Positions 1 through 9,357 of a DNA stretch of 64,000 nucleotides are shown piece after piece. Each line of letters starts with the position of its first letter. Position 1 is the stretch's first letter. Origin of the DNA: Candidatus Azophilus sp. (GTDB lineage: Bacteria > Pseudomonadota > Gammaproteobacteria > Pseudomonadales > Azotimanducaceae); assembly GCA_965221465.1 (NCBI GenBank), contig OZ244892.1, forward strand, positions 1,577,536 through 1,641,535, in the 5' to 3' direction. A program made the translations under genes and the position numbers. The notes beneath the pieces are model-generated. The model had not been told where the DNA came from. It ran no database searches and was given only the letters and a program-made list of their open reading frames with translations.

Positions 1-3
1 GAA

Positions 4-1161
4 ATGGCCAGGCACAACCTGGCGCACGTTCGAGCCGGAACCATCGAAAAGACGGAAGCGATCCACAGGGAACCCGCCCGGCACTATTTCGACGAGGAGC
101 GCTGGCACCTGGAGATGGACCGGGTATTCAAGCGCCTGCCGCTCATGCTGGCGATGACGGCAGAGCTTCCGAACCCCGGCGACTACAAGGCCATGGACGC
201 CGTGGATACGCCGGTGCTCATCGCCCGCGGCCAGGACGGCGAGGTGCGGGCCTTCGTCAACATGTGCCGGCACCGGGGCTCTCAGATCATGCCCCCCGGC
301 ACGGGCAGCGCCAGGCGATTCACCTGCCCTTACCACGCCTGGTCCTACGACCAGACCGGCGCCCTGATCGGGGTATTCTCCGAGCAGGACTTCGGCGCCG
401 TGGACCGGTCCTGCTACAGCCTCGTCGAGTTGCCCTCGGCAGAGCGCGCCGGGCTCATCTGGGTGCATCTGAACCCGGGTGCCAAGCTGGACATCGATGA
501 CTTTCTATCCGGATACGACGCCGTTCTGGAGCATTTCGACTTCAAGAACTGGCACCACTTCGAAAGCCGCGTGATTCCGGGGCCCAACTGGAAGATCGCT
601 TACGACGGCTATCTCGACCTGTATCACCTGCCGATCCTGCACAAGGACTCGTTCGGCCCCGACATGCACAACCAGGCGCTCTATTACGCCTGGGGGCCCC
701 ACCAGCGGGTCAGCTCGCCCGACCCGTCACTCGCCGACTACGACGACATCGAAGGCGTCGACGAAGCGCATCTGATGTCGGGTGTATGGACCGTCTTTCC
801 CCACGTCTCCATCGCCGGCTTCGACGGCGGCGGGCGTGGCGTGATGATCTCGCAACTCTTCCCCGGCGAGACGCCGCTGCAATCCTACACGGTGCAGAAC
901 TACCTGATGGAGAACGAACCCGCCGACGAGCAAACCAGAACCGAGGCTCACGAACAGTTCAAGTTTCTCGAATACGTGGTCAAGGATGAAGACTACGCCA
1001 CCGGCCTGCGCCAGCAGAGGGCGCTCCGGACCGGCAACATGCCCCACGTCCTGTTCGGTCGCAACGAGGGCGGCGTGCAGCGATTCCACGGGTGGGTGGA
1101 CAGGCTGGTCGAAACGGACGACCGGGCCTTGCCGTCGCTATTCCGAAACGGCAGGGCCTGA
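4..1161 (+). CDS. Rieske [2Fe-2S] ring-hydroxylating oxygenase, alpha (catalytic) subunit
   Basis: 385-aa ORF. Rieske motif CRH-x17-CPYH (NMCRHRGS...FTCPYHAW). The C-terminal part resembles a catalytic domain. No adjacent beta subunit. Confidence 0.85.
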   Translation: MARHNLAHVRAGTIEKTEAIHREPARHYFDEERWHLEMDRVFKRLPLMLAMTAELPNPGDYKAMDAVDTPVLIARGQDGEVRAFVNMCRHRGSQIMPPGTGSARRFTCPYHAWSYDQTGALIGVFSEQDFGAVDRSCYSLVELPSAERAGLIWVHLNPGAKLDIDDFLSGYDAVLEHFDFKNWHHFESRVIPGPNWKIAYDGYLDLYHLPILHKDSFGPDMHNQALYYAWGPHQRVSSPDPSLADYDDIEGVDEAHLMSGVWTVFPHVSIAGFDGGGRGVMISQLFPGETPLQSYTVQNYLMENEPADEQTRTEAHEQFKFLEYVVKDEDYATGLRQQRALRTGNMPHVLFGRNEGGVQRFHGWVDRLVETDDRALPSLFRNGRA

Positions 1162-1189
1162 CGGCGCGATGCATGTCATGGCCCTTTTT

Positions 1190-1676
1190 CATGGAACACT
1201 TTTTCCAAGTGATTGATTCTATTGAATTCGCTAACCAAGGAACCCTTACATTCGATTCGGCTCCGAGAACCGGTAAGCGTCCAGATCCGTTTTGGAGATT
1301 TCACCCCCACGGTATTACGGTATGATCGTTCGTAGTTTCCTGGCTCCTGGGCTTGTCATTCGGGCATTCATGCCCACATATCCATTCAGGATGTCGGGAA
1401 ACGACGGTGGCGACCAAACTCGTGCACGGCCCCTGAGGCCTGGCTTTAAACGGTCCGCCACCGCACCCGCCGCCGGTCGCGACCGGCGGCGGGTGGACCC
1501 ATCCCATGGGCTTACCGAGGTCGAGCTTGACCGGGGTCCACGTGGGGAGATCAAACAGAAAAGCCCCAACAGCGCCATTCGGCGAGCCGGATACACCCAC
1601 CGCACACCGGCTCTCTCCCAGCGTATGACTGGTGTTTCTTGCGCGTCTTCGTCCCGGCGCGCCGGGTTCGGAACTC
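1190..1676 (-). repeat. Structured intergenic repeat element, copy A (expanded, about 490 nt, carries an extra interior of about 290 nt)
   Basis: Read on the minus strand: head GAGTTCCGAACCCGGCGCGCCGGGACGAAGACGCGCAAGAAACACC, GGGAGAG, a 5' arm, a large interior, a partial 3' arm (CCGGTTCTC), then tail AATCAATCACTTGGAAAAAGTGTTCCATG. Aligns with copies B and C at both ends. Confidence 0.8.
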
Positions 1677-1678
1677 GC

Positions 1679-3577
1679 GTGAGAAAGAGATTGTTTGTCG
1701 GGATGCTCGCGACACTCGGCGCGCTCTGTGGACTGGGGGGTTGTGCACCGTCGGGTGAGCGGACGGACGGGGAATCGCCCGGCACGCAGGTCGCTGTCGG
1801 GCAGCAAGCCCCGGCCATCGACGCGAATCCGAACCGCAGCGCCTGGTTTGGTGACCTGCACGTGCACTCGCTGCATTCGCTGGATGCCTTCATATTCGGG
1901 ACGCGGGCGACCCCTGACGACGCCTACCGGTATGCCAGGGGTGAACCGCTCGCCCACCCCGCCGGCTTCGAGATGCAGCTTTCGGCGCCCCTCGACTTCC
2001 AGGCCGTCACCGACCACGCCTCCTACCTGGGCATCATGGCGGCCATGGCGGACCCCGCTTCGAACGTGGGGGCTCATCCGCTGGCAATGGCCCTGCGCGA
2101 CGCCAAAAACCCCGACGAACGGCTCTCGTATTTCCTGGATGTCGTGCCGGCCATGCTCGGTTCCGACGAAGGCGCGGAATTGCTGGACCTCGACATCGTC
2201 CGGGATGCATGGCGGGACATCGTCGAAACCGCCGAACGGCACAACGAGCCCGGTGTGTTCACCACCTTTATCGGTTACGAGTACACGGCATCGGGCCCCG
2301 AAGGCGCCAACCTGCACCGCAACGTGATCTTCCGCGGCAGCAACGCCCCCGACCTGCCCTTCGGCGCCGTCGATTCCCTCAATCCCGAGGACCTGTGGGA
2401 CTGGATGGACGGCTTGCGGGCGCTCGGCATCGAGTCGCTGGCCATCCCTCACAACCCCAACCGGTCCAATGGCATGATGTTCGAACCCAACGACCGGGCG
2501 GGCAGGCCCATCGACGCCATCTACGCCAATCAGCGCATGCGCAACGAACCGCTGGTGGAGGTCACCCAGGTCAAGGGAACCTCCGATACCCATCCCCTGC
2601 TCTCGCCCAACGACGAATGGGCCGATTTCGGCATTTCCGATCAGCGGGCCAGGTCGCCGTTGCCCAGCCGAGCCGCCGGGAGCTATGTGCGCAACGCCTG
2701 GCTGCGGGGCCTGGCCATCGAGAACGACCGGGGATCGAATCCGTTTCGGTTCGGCCTGATCGGTTCGTCCGATACCCACAACGCGGGCGGCTCGTTCCGC
2801 GAAGAGAATTACGTCGGCAAGCTCGGGTTGCTGGATGCCACGCCGCAACAGCGCGGTTCGGTGCTGCCGGCCGACCCGGCTCGGGCCGTACGCGACCCCG
2901 CCCCGACAGACGGCCGCACCTGGGGCGCTTCAGGCCTTGCCGGAGCCTGGGCGGAGTCGAACACCCGCGACGCCATCTTCGCTGCGTTTCGCCGCAAGGA
3001 GACCTTCGCCACCAGCGGGCCTCGCATCCGGGTCCGGTTTTTCGCCGGAACCGGTATCGACGAATCGCTGCTGGACGCGGACGACCCGATTGCCGCCGCC
3101 TATGAATCCGGCGTGCCGATGGGCGCCGACCTGCCGCCGGGCGACGGTTCCGCGCCCGGGTTTTTCGTCTGGGCGATGCGTGACCCCGAGACCGTGCCGC
3201 TGCAACGCCTGCAGGTCGTCAAGGGCTGGATCGAGGGCGATGAAACCAGGGAGCAGGTCTACGACGTTGCCTGCTCCGACGGCGGGCAGTTGGACATCGA
3301 CACCCACCGCTGTTCCGACAACGGCGCCACGGTCGACCTGTCCACCTGTAACGTCAGTAGAGAGACGGGCGCGGCCGAACTCGCCGCCGTCTGGAATGAC
3401 CCGGGCTTCCGACCCGGACAACGCGCCTTTTACTACGTTCGTGTTCTGGAGAATCCCAAGTGCCGCTGGTCTACCTGGGACGCAATCCGTGCGGGCGTCG
3501 CGCCCAATCCCGACATGCACGCCACCATCCAGGACCGGGCCTGGTCTTCACCGATCTGGACCGGGCCGGCACGATAA
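1679..3577 (+). CDS. DUF3604-family protein, predicted lipoprotein
   Basis: The ORF frame from 1292 is trimmed to GTG 1679, giving signal peptide VRKRLFVGMLATLGALCGLGGC (lipobox). HVHSLHSLD and DH metal-site-like motifs are typical of DUF3604. ATG 1703 is an alternative start. Confidence 0.75.
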   Translation: MRKRLFVGMLATLGALCGLGGCAPSGERTDGESPGTQVAVGQQAPAIDANPNRSAWFGDLHVHSLHSLDAFIFGTRATPDDAYRYARGEPLAHPAGFEMQLSAPLDFQAVTDHASYLGIMAAMADPASNVGAHPLAMALRDAKNPDERLSYFLDVVPAMLGSDEGAELLDLDIVRDAWRDIVETAERHNEPGVFTTFIGYEYTASGPEGANLHRNVIFRGSNAPDLPFGAVDSLNPEDLWDWMDGLRALGIESLAIPHNPNRSNGMMFEPNDRAGRPIDAIYANQRMRNEPLVEVTQVKGTSDTHPLLSPNDEWADFGISDQRARSPLPSRAAGSYVRNAWLRGLAIENDRGSNPFRFGLIGSSDTHNAGGSFREENYVGKLGLLDATPQQRGSVLPADPARAVRDPAPTDGRTWGASGLAGAWAESNTRDAIFAAFRRKETFATSGPRIRVRFFAGTGIDESLLDADDPIAAAYESGVPMGADLPPGDGSAPGFFVWAMRDPETVPLQRLQVVKGWIEGDETREQVYDVACSDGGQLDIDTHRCSDNGATVDLSTCNVSRETGAAELAAVWNDPGFRPGQRAFYYVRVLENPKCRWSTWDAIRAGVAPNPDMHATIQDRAWSSPIWTGPAR

Positions 3578-3604
3578 CAGGCGCATCCCGCCAACAACCG
3601 CATA

Positions 3605-5794
3605 TCAAAGGCGCTCGGCGTAGTGGCGAAACCTGGCGTCATCGCCAATGTCCCGAGCAATTGCCGCAGCAGCGCGCAGCAGATTTCGATCGCCGGGGCG
3701 GCGTTCCAGCGCCCGATCCAGAACGGCGATGGCCTGCTCCGACTCGCCCCGCGAATGCAGCGCCACCGCATGCACGTAGGCCAGGTGCGGATCGTCCGGC
3801 GCCAGTTCCACGGCCTGCGCAAGCAATGGCATTGCATCGGGATGGCGCCCCTGCCTGACCAGCCACAGCGCCCGGGCCAGCTTGACTTCGGCGGAGCCGG
3901 GCGCGAGCGCCGATGCGCGCTCCAGCAATTCGCCCCCGGCTTCGTCGCGATTCGTGGCGCGATAGAGATCCGCCAGGTTGACGAGCGCCGGCACCCAGTT
4001 CGGAGAGAGGCGCAGGGCTGCTGCAAGAGCCGTCTCGGCGCCCTCCGGGTTTCCGAGCGCCCGGAAAACGGTCGCCAAGTTTGTATGGGCCTCCGGCCGG
4101 TCCGCATTGAATCGCTGGGTGGCCAGGTACTCGTCCAATGCCTCGCGAAGAGGGAAACGCTCGCTGTCCGGTAGGGTCGAATGCGCAGCCGACAGCACCC
4201 GGGCCGCTTCGCTCCGCACCGCAAGATAGCTGTCGTCGAGCAGGTGCCGAGCCCCCCGCCAGAGGCGTTCCGGCGGAAACCGTGCGGCGCCGCGCAAAGC
4301 GCCGATGCGCACCAACGCGTCCGAATCGCGCAATCCCTGCTCGAGCGCAAGGGCCGTTTCGCCGTCGTCGTAGGATTCCATCAGCGCGAATGCGCTGGCG
4401 CGGACGATGGCGGCCTGATTCCGGTTTGCCGCCAGCGCGGCGAGCGCCCCCCCGATCCCCGGCCGGCCGAGCCGTGCTGCCGCAATCACGGAAGCGAAAT
4501 GGGGCTCGTCCGTCGGCCCGAATCGGGCCGCGAGCACATCGCGAGCCCACCCGGCCGTCTGATCGTCGTGACAGCCGTTGCAGGCATTGCGAATGCCCGG
4601 CGTTACGGTCAGATCGGGCCTCGGTATGCGAAAACCATGGTCCCGCCGGTCGTCGAGCACCATGTAGGTGCGTTCCGGCATGTGACACGAAACGCACTGC
4701 GACCCCTCACTGCCGGCAACATGCAGGTGGTGATCGCGAGAGTCGTAGTCGGCGAGCGGCAGCGTCGGGAAATCCGGGTTGCCCGCCTCGTTGTGGCAAC
4801 GCGTGCAGAGCGCGTCGCCGCTCACGACAAGCTGCGCGGAGTGGGGCTGGTGGCAATCCCCGCACGTGACGCCGCGCGCGAACATCCGGCTCTGAAGGAA
4901 CGATCCGTAGACGTATACCTCGTCTTCGATCTGCCCGTCGGCTTCGTAGAGGCCGGCTTCCAGCAACGACGGCAGGTAGAAGTCCAGGAACGGGCGGTCG
5001 GGAGTATAGCCGTCGGCAAGTTGTGCGCGCCGGCTGTGACAGGGTGCGCAGCTATCGATCTGCTCGCTTTGAGTGCGGAGACCGACGATGGCTCCGCCTT
5101 CCCGGTTTCCACCGGATTCGTCATGACCGCGCTGACCGGCCCAGGCGACGTGCAGCGACCCTGGGCCGTGACAGGCTTCGCAGCCGACCGAAACTTCGGC
5201 GAACTCCGTGCGGTAGGCGTTTTCCGCCGGGTCGTACCCCTTCCTGACCCCGGTGGAGTGGCAGTCCGCGCACATGAAGTTCCAGGTGTAGGCCGGGCCG
5301 CTCCAGTGCAACGGGTCCCCGTGTCGTGCCCCATCGACCGGCTGCAGGTGAAACCAGCGTTCGGCGGCCGTATCCCAGGCTACCCCGAGCGCCTGCAGAC
5401 GGCCCCCTTCCCCTTCCAGCAGGTACTGCTGCAAGGGCTCGACGCCAAATGCATACTGCACGTCGAATTCATCGACGTCTCCCTCCGGGCCGGCGGTACT
5501 GACGACGAACCGGCCATCGCGGCGGCCGAAAACCGTCGTTTCCCCACCGTGGGCGAAGGACGAGCCCTCGAAGTCGGCAGCCACGCTCGCACCGCTGGCA
5601 GGCTGCATGGCCAACTGGTGATGGGATCCGAGCCAGTCTTCGTACGCCTTTCCATGACACCCCGCACAGGCCGCGGAACCCACGTATTCCGCTTCGCCCG
5701 CAACCGGCGCCTGACCTTCTTCGGAATCCGGTGCGCCGCTGCAACCCCACAGCAGCCAGGCCGCAGCCCAGATTCCGAATCCCGGCCGGTTCAT
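3605..5794 (-). CDS. Multiheme (8 x CXXCH) c-type cytochrome fused to a C-terminal TPR domain, predicted lipoprotein
   Basis: 729 aa. N-terminus MNRPGFGIWAAAWLLWGCSG. Heme motifs CAGCH, CADCH, CEACH, CAPCH, CGDCH, CTRCH, CVSCH, CNGCH. The C-terminal roughly 300 aa is Ala/Leu-rich and TPR-like. Confidence 0.85.
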   Translation of the reverse strand: MNRPGFGIWAAAWLLWGCSGAPDSEEGQAPVAGEAEYVGSAACAGCHGKAYEDWLGSHHQLAMQPASGASVAADFEGSSFAHGGETTVFGRRDGRFVVSTAGPEGDVDEFDVQYAFGVEPLQQYLLEGEGGRLQALGVAWDTAAERWFHLQPVDGARHGDPLHWSGPAYTWNFMCADCHSTGVRKGYDPAENAYRTEFAEVSVGCEACHGPGSLHVAWAGQRGHDESGGNREGGAIVGLRTQSEQIDSCAPCHSRRAQLADGYTPDRPFLDFYLPSLLEAGLYEADGQIEDEVYVYGSFLQSRMFARGVTCGDCHQPHSAQLVVSGDALCTRCHNEAGNPDFPTLPLADYDSRDHHLHVAGSEGSQCVSCHMPERTYMVLDDRRDHGFRIPRPDLTVTPGIRNACNGCHDDQTAGWARDVLAARFGPTDEPHFASVIAAARLGRPGIGGALAALAANRNQAAIVRASAFALMESYDDGETALALEQGLRDSDALVRIGALRGAARFPPERLWRGARHLLDDSYLAVRSEAARVLSAAHSTLPDSERFPLREALDEYLATQRFNADRPEAHTNLATVFRALGNPEGAETALAAALRLSPNWVPALVNLADLYRATNRDEAGGELLERASALAPGSAEVKLARALWLVRQGRHPDAMPLLAQAVELAPDDPHLAYVHAVALHSRGESEQAIAVLDRALERRPGDRNLLRAAAAIARDIGDDARFRHYAERL

Positions 5795-6020
5795 CGCAAG
5801 TCGAGTGTGAACCGCACCGCCCCGTCACGCCCTGCGGGCGAACGCCGAACGCGTTGTTTCCGGACGTCGAACGCGATCGTCAATCGCGTCGACGGGCTCG
5901 TTTTCCATCGTCATCTGCATGGTTTTCATGTTGCACGCCATCGGTGTGGGCTGAGCCATGGCCATGCTAACCCAAATCCCGTCGATGCTCTGGCCCTGGC
6001 AAGCATCCGTCACCGGCTTT

Positions 6021-6059
6021 CGCCTCGACGCCCTCGCGGCGAAAGTTGGTGAGGGATGC
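6021..6059 (+). repeat. REP-like element (CTCGCGRCGAAAGTTGGTGA variant)
   Basis: CGCCTCGACGCCCTCGCGGCGAAAGTTGGTGAGGGATGC. The same unit occurs at 13601, 63652, and (reversed) 20301 and 32015. Confidence 0.75.
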
Positions 6060-6223
6060 AGGCAGGGTCGATGGATTCGACCTCTGCCGGTCTGCATCGC
6101 CGGATTCGTTGCAACACGGCACCAACCTTGGATACATTGCGCCGTTCACCGAGCCGGCGCAGAGCATGGCACCTCACTCCGAGCGTGCCCCCGGATGCCG
6201 GCAAACGAATTCGGAGAGCGGCA

Positions 6224-7033
6224 ATGACAGAGCGCTATCAGGGCTATCAACGCCTGAAGTTCGACTATCCGACCGAACGGATTCTGCGCATTACGCTGTC
6301 CAGGCCCGAGCGTCTGAACGCCCTCGATGCCATCGGCCACCGGGAACTGACCTACGTCTGGCGCGAAATCGACGACGACTGCGAGATCGATTGCGTCATC
6401 CTCACCGGCGAAGGCCGGGCCTTCTCCGCCGGTGGCGACTTCGAGATGGTCGAGACCAACATCACCGACTACAACGCGCTGATCACCACCTGGAAGGAAG
6501 CCCGAGATCTGGTCTACAACATCATCAACTGCGGCAAGCCCACCATTTCATCCATCAACGGCGTCGCGGTCGGCGCCGGGCTGGTCGCGGCGTTGCTCTG
6601 CGATATCTCCATCGCCGCCCGGTCCGCCTACGTCACCGACGGCCATACCCGCCTCGGCGTTGCCGCGGGCGATCACGCCGCCATCGTCTGGCCCCTGCTC
6701 TGCGGCATGGCCAAGGCCAAGTACTACCTCATGACCTGCGACCGGCTCTCCGCCGAGGAAGCGGAACGCATCGGGCTGATCTCGCTGTGTGTGGACGACG
6801 GCGAACTCGACAGCCGGACCATGGAGGTGGCGCACAAGCTCGCAAACGGCGCGCCGAACGCCATTCGCTGGACGAAATATGCATTGAACAACTGGCTGCG
6901 CATGGCGGGGCCGACCTACGACACGTCGACTGCGCTGGAGATGCTTGGTTTCCTGGGCCCCGAAGGGCGGGAAGGCCTGGACGCCCTGGTGGAGAAACGC
7001 GAACCGACGTTTCCCAAGGGTTCCCCGATTTGA
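6224..7033 (+). CDS. Enoyl-CoA hydratase/isomerase family protein
   Basis: Crotonase signature LTGEGRAFSAGGD. GGAGAG lies 6 nt upstream of ATG 6224. The ORF-track start 6056 is trimmed. Confidence 0.85.
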   Translation: MTERYQGYQRLKFDYPTERILRITLSRPERLNALDAIGHRELTYVWREIDDDCEIDCVILTGEGRAFSAGGDFEMVETNITDYNALITTWKEARDLVYNIINCGKPTISSINGVAVGAGLVAALLCDISIAARSAYVTDGHTRLGVAAGDHAAIVWPLLCGMAKAKYYLMTCDRLSAEEAERIGLISLCVDDGELDSRTMEVAHKLANGAPNAIRWTKYALNNWLRMAGPTYDTSTALEMLGFLGPEGREGLDALVEKREPTFPKGSPI

Positions 7034-7055
7034 AGACGCCCGGTCGCACCTGTTC

Positions 7056-7670
7056 ATGAATACCGGCTCCACGGTTGTCGGGCTGACCGGCGGCATTGCC
7101 TCCGGCAAGTCCACTGCGGCCCGGTATCTCGGCAGCCTCGGAGCCACCGTCGTCGACTGCGACCGGCTCGGGCATCGTGCTTACGACCCCGACATGCCCT
7201 CCTTCGATGCCGTCAGGCAGACATTCGGCCCGGAGGTGGTGGGCGAGGACGGCCGCATCGACCGCCGGGCACTCGGCGAGAAGGTATTCGACAAACCCGC
7301 CGCAATGAAACAGCTCACCGACATCGTCTGGCCGGAGATCGGACGCCTGGCACAAGCGCAGATTGCAGCGTCCCCGCCCGGCGGCATTGCCGTCATGGAG
7401 GCGGCGGTACTCTTCGAGGCCGGCTGGCTACAGGGGCTGAACGAGATATGGGTAGTCGTCGCCGACCCCGAGATCGCGGTTCGGCGCACCATGGCCCGCG
7501 ACGGTCTCGACGAAGCGGCCGTGCGCAAGCGCATCGCGTCCCAGTTTTCCAACGAGGAACGCGCCGCCCGGGCTGACGTGGTCATCGAAAACTCCGGTGG
7601 GCTCGACGATCTTCACCGCCAACTCGATGCCCAATGGCAGCGTCTTCTCGAACAGAGGGAGGTTTCGTGA
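7056..7670 (+). CDS. coaE: Dephospho-CoA kinase
   Basis: P-loop VVGLTGGIASGKST at the N-terminus. About 204 aa, typical for CoaE. Confidence 0.85.
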   Translation: MNTGSTVVGLTGGIASGKSTAARYLGSLGATVVDCDRLGHRAYDPDMPSFDAVRQTFGPEVVGEDGRIDRRALGEKVFDKPAAMKQLTDIVWPEIGRLAQAQIAASPPGGIAVMEAAVLFEAGWLQGLNEIWVVVADPEIAVRRTMARDGLDEAAVRKRIASQFSNEERAARADVVIENSGGLDDLHRQLDAQWQRLLEQREVS

Positions 7671-8338
7671 TCCTCGATTTGCATACCCACTCGGTACAGT
7701 CCGACGACGGGCGCGCCAAGGTGCCCAACTACTGCCGGTGGATCCGCAGCCGGGACATCCCGGTGGACGGCTTCGTGCTGACCGAGCACCGCCAGTACGA
7801 CCAGGCATCCGATTATTCCGGAATCGCCCGAAAACACGGGCTCACGATTCTCAAGGGCAGCGAAGTCGAAACCGAATACGGCCATGTGCTCATCTTCGGG
7901 GTCACCGAAGCGCTGACCCGGGCCTTCGATTTCGCCGACATCAATCTGCCCCTCGCCCGGGTCATCGAGGAATCCGAGCGCCACGGGGCCGTCCCGGTGC
8001 CTTGCCACCCGGGTCGCAAGCGCGTGGGCATGTTCGCGCACATCGATGAATATGGCGTTCCGGCGGGTGTGCGGATCGTGGAAATCCTCAACGGCGGCAG
8101 CCGCGGCAGGGAAGACGACCTCGCGCAGCGGATGACCCGGGAGCTCGGTTATCTCGGCATCGGCGGCAGCGATGCGCACATCGTCAGCCACATCGGCCGC
8201 TGCGCCACCCGGTTTCCCGCCAGGGTGACCAGTGCGGACGAGCTCGCCGAGGCATTGCGGAGCGAAGATTTCGAAGCGCTGCGGCTGAGTCCGCGACCGG
8301 GGCCGCAACCGTCGAAGAACGAAGGGAGCAACGCATGA
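7667..8338 (+). CDS. PHP-domain metal-dependent phosphoesterase
   Basis: Starts VILDLHTHSVQSDDG; later GSEVET, CHPGR, GGSDAH motifs. The GTG start overlaps the coaE stop (GTGA). AGGGAGG lies upstream. Confidence 0.75.
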   Translation: MILDLHTHSVQSDDGRAKVPNYCRWIRSRDIPVDGFVLTEHRQYDQASDYSGIARKHGLTILKGSEVETEYGHVLIFGVTEALTRAFDFADINLPLARVIEESERHGAVPVPCHPGRKRVGMFAHIDEYGVPAGVRIVEILNGGSRGREDDLAQRMTRELGYLGIGGSDAHIVSHIGRCATRFPARVTSADELAEALRSEDFEALRLSPRPGPQPSKNEGSNA

Positions 8339-8811
8339 GCGAACCGCTGGACATCGAAGCATTGCGCGCCGAATTCCTGAACCGGGATTTCGACGAGCAA
8401 CACTACACACTCACGGCCGAGGACATCGCGCAGTACTCGGCAAGTTGCGGGGAAATCACCCCCCGCTTCACCGACCCGGCCCATCCGGATTTCCAGGCTC
8501 CGCCGACCATGGCGGCAACCCTGCAGCCGCATAACTATCTGCCGACCGGGTTTCCGAAGATCGCCGGGCTCGGCATGGACGCCGGCCGCGCCGTCAGAGC
8601 GTTCGGGCCCATTCGGCCCGGAATGCGGCTCACGGGCAGAACGCACATGCACGACATATACGCCAAGACAGGCCGGTCCGGCCGCATGGTGTTCTTCGTG
8701 AAACGGATGGAAGTGACCGGGCCGGAAGGAGAACGCCTCGCGCACGCGGATATCAGCACCGTCATACGTGAGAAGCCGGCGGCGCAACGCGCAGATTCGG
8801 ACGAGGACTGA
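8335..8811 (+). CDS. MaoC/FAS1-like dehydratase N-terminal-domain protein
   Basis: 158 aa. ATGA overlap with the upstream PHP gene. Sits next to a MaoC hot-dog protein, as in known two-gene hydratase pairs. Confidence 0.6.
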   Translation: MSEPLDIEALRAEFLNRDFDEQHYTLTAEDIAQYSASCGEITPRFTDPAHPDFQAPPTMAATLQPHNYLPTGFPKIAGLGMDAGRAVRAFGPIRPGMRLTGRTHMHDIYAKTGRSGRMVFFVKRMEVTGPEGERLAHADISTVIREKPAAQRADSDED

Positions 8812-8917
8812 CCATTCGACCGGCAGGTTGCCGCGATGCACGGTGAATTCTCGACCAGCGGCCCCGGCCGCTCGCTATCAGTGGATCGGGTCCATTGCTC
8901 GATCGTTTGGAGGACCG

Positions 8918-9331
8918 ATGCCAACCAATATTGAGGATGTGGAATTCGGCGAAGAACTGCCCGCATTCGACCCCGATACATCCATGAACAACGTCAGGGC
9001 ATTTGTCGGCGCCGCGCACTGGACCGGCCCCCGCTTTACCGACCATGAAGCGGCCCGTCGGGAGGGCCTGCCCGGCGCGCTCGTCCCCGGCGTCATGAGC
9101 CAGGGTTTCCTCGCCGCGATGATCCATCGCTGGGCGCCCGATGCCGCGCTGCAACGCCTCGACACGGTGTTCCGGGCACCGCTCCTCGTCGACGACCCCT
9201 GCCACATCAACGGCGTGGTGACGGACATCGACGACGATGCCGGCGAGGTCGAGATCGACATCACCGTCACCAACGATGCGGGCGAAACCCGGGTATTCGG
9301 CACTGCCAGAGTGGGCCTGCCTTCCGGCTGA
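8918..9331 (+). CDS. MaoC-family (R-specific enoyl-CoA) dehydratase
   Basis: 137 aa hot-dog fold-like protein (TDHEAARREGLPGALVPGVM). GGAGG lies 5 nt upstream of ATG 8918. Confidence 0.7.
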   Translation: MPTNIEDVEFGEELPAFDPDTSMNNVRAFVGAAHWTGPRFTDHEAARREGLPGALVPGVMSQGFLAAMIHRWAPDAALQRLDTVFRAPLLVDDPCHINGVVTDIDDDAGEVEIDITVTNDAGETRVFGTARVGLPSG

Positions 9332-9357
9332 ACGGAATCGAAGCCCGGCAGCGCGGG

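Noticed and set aside
5825-5929. A small ORF (MKTMQMTMENEPVDAIDDRV..., 34 aa) just upstream of the cytochrome gene, and ORF 42542-42949 in the receptor/SSS intergenic region.
   Set aside because: Neither has a Shine-Dalgarno or a recognisable family, and both have an unremarkable composition. They cannot be supported from sequence alone.
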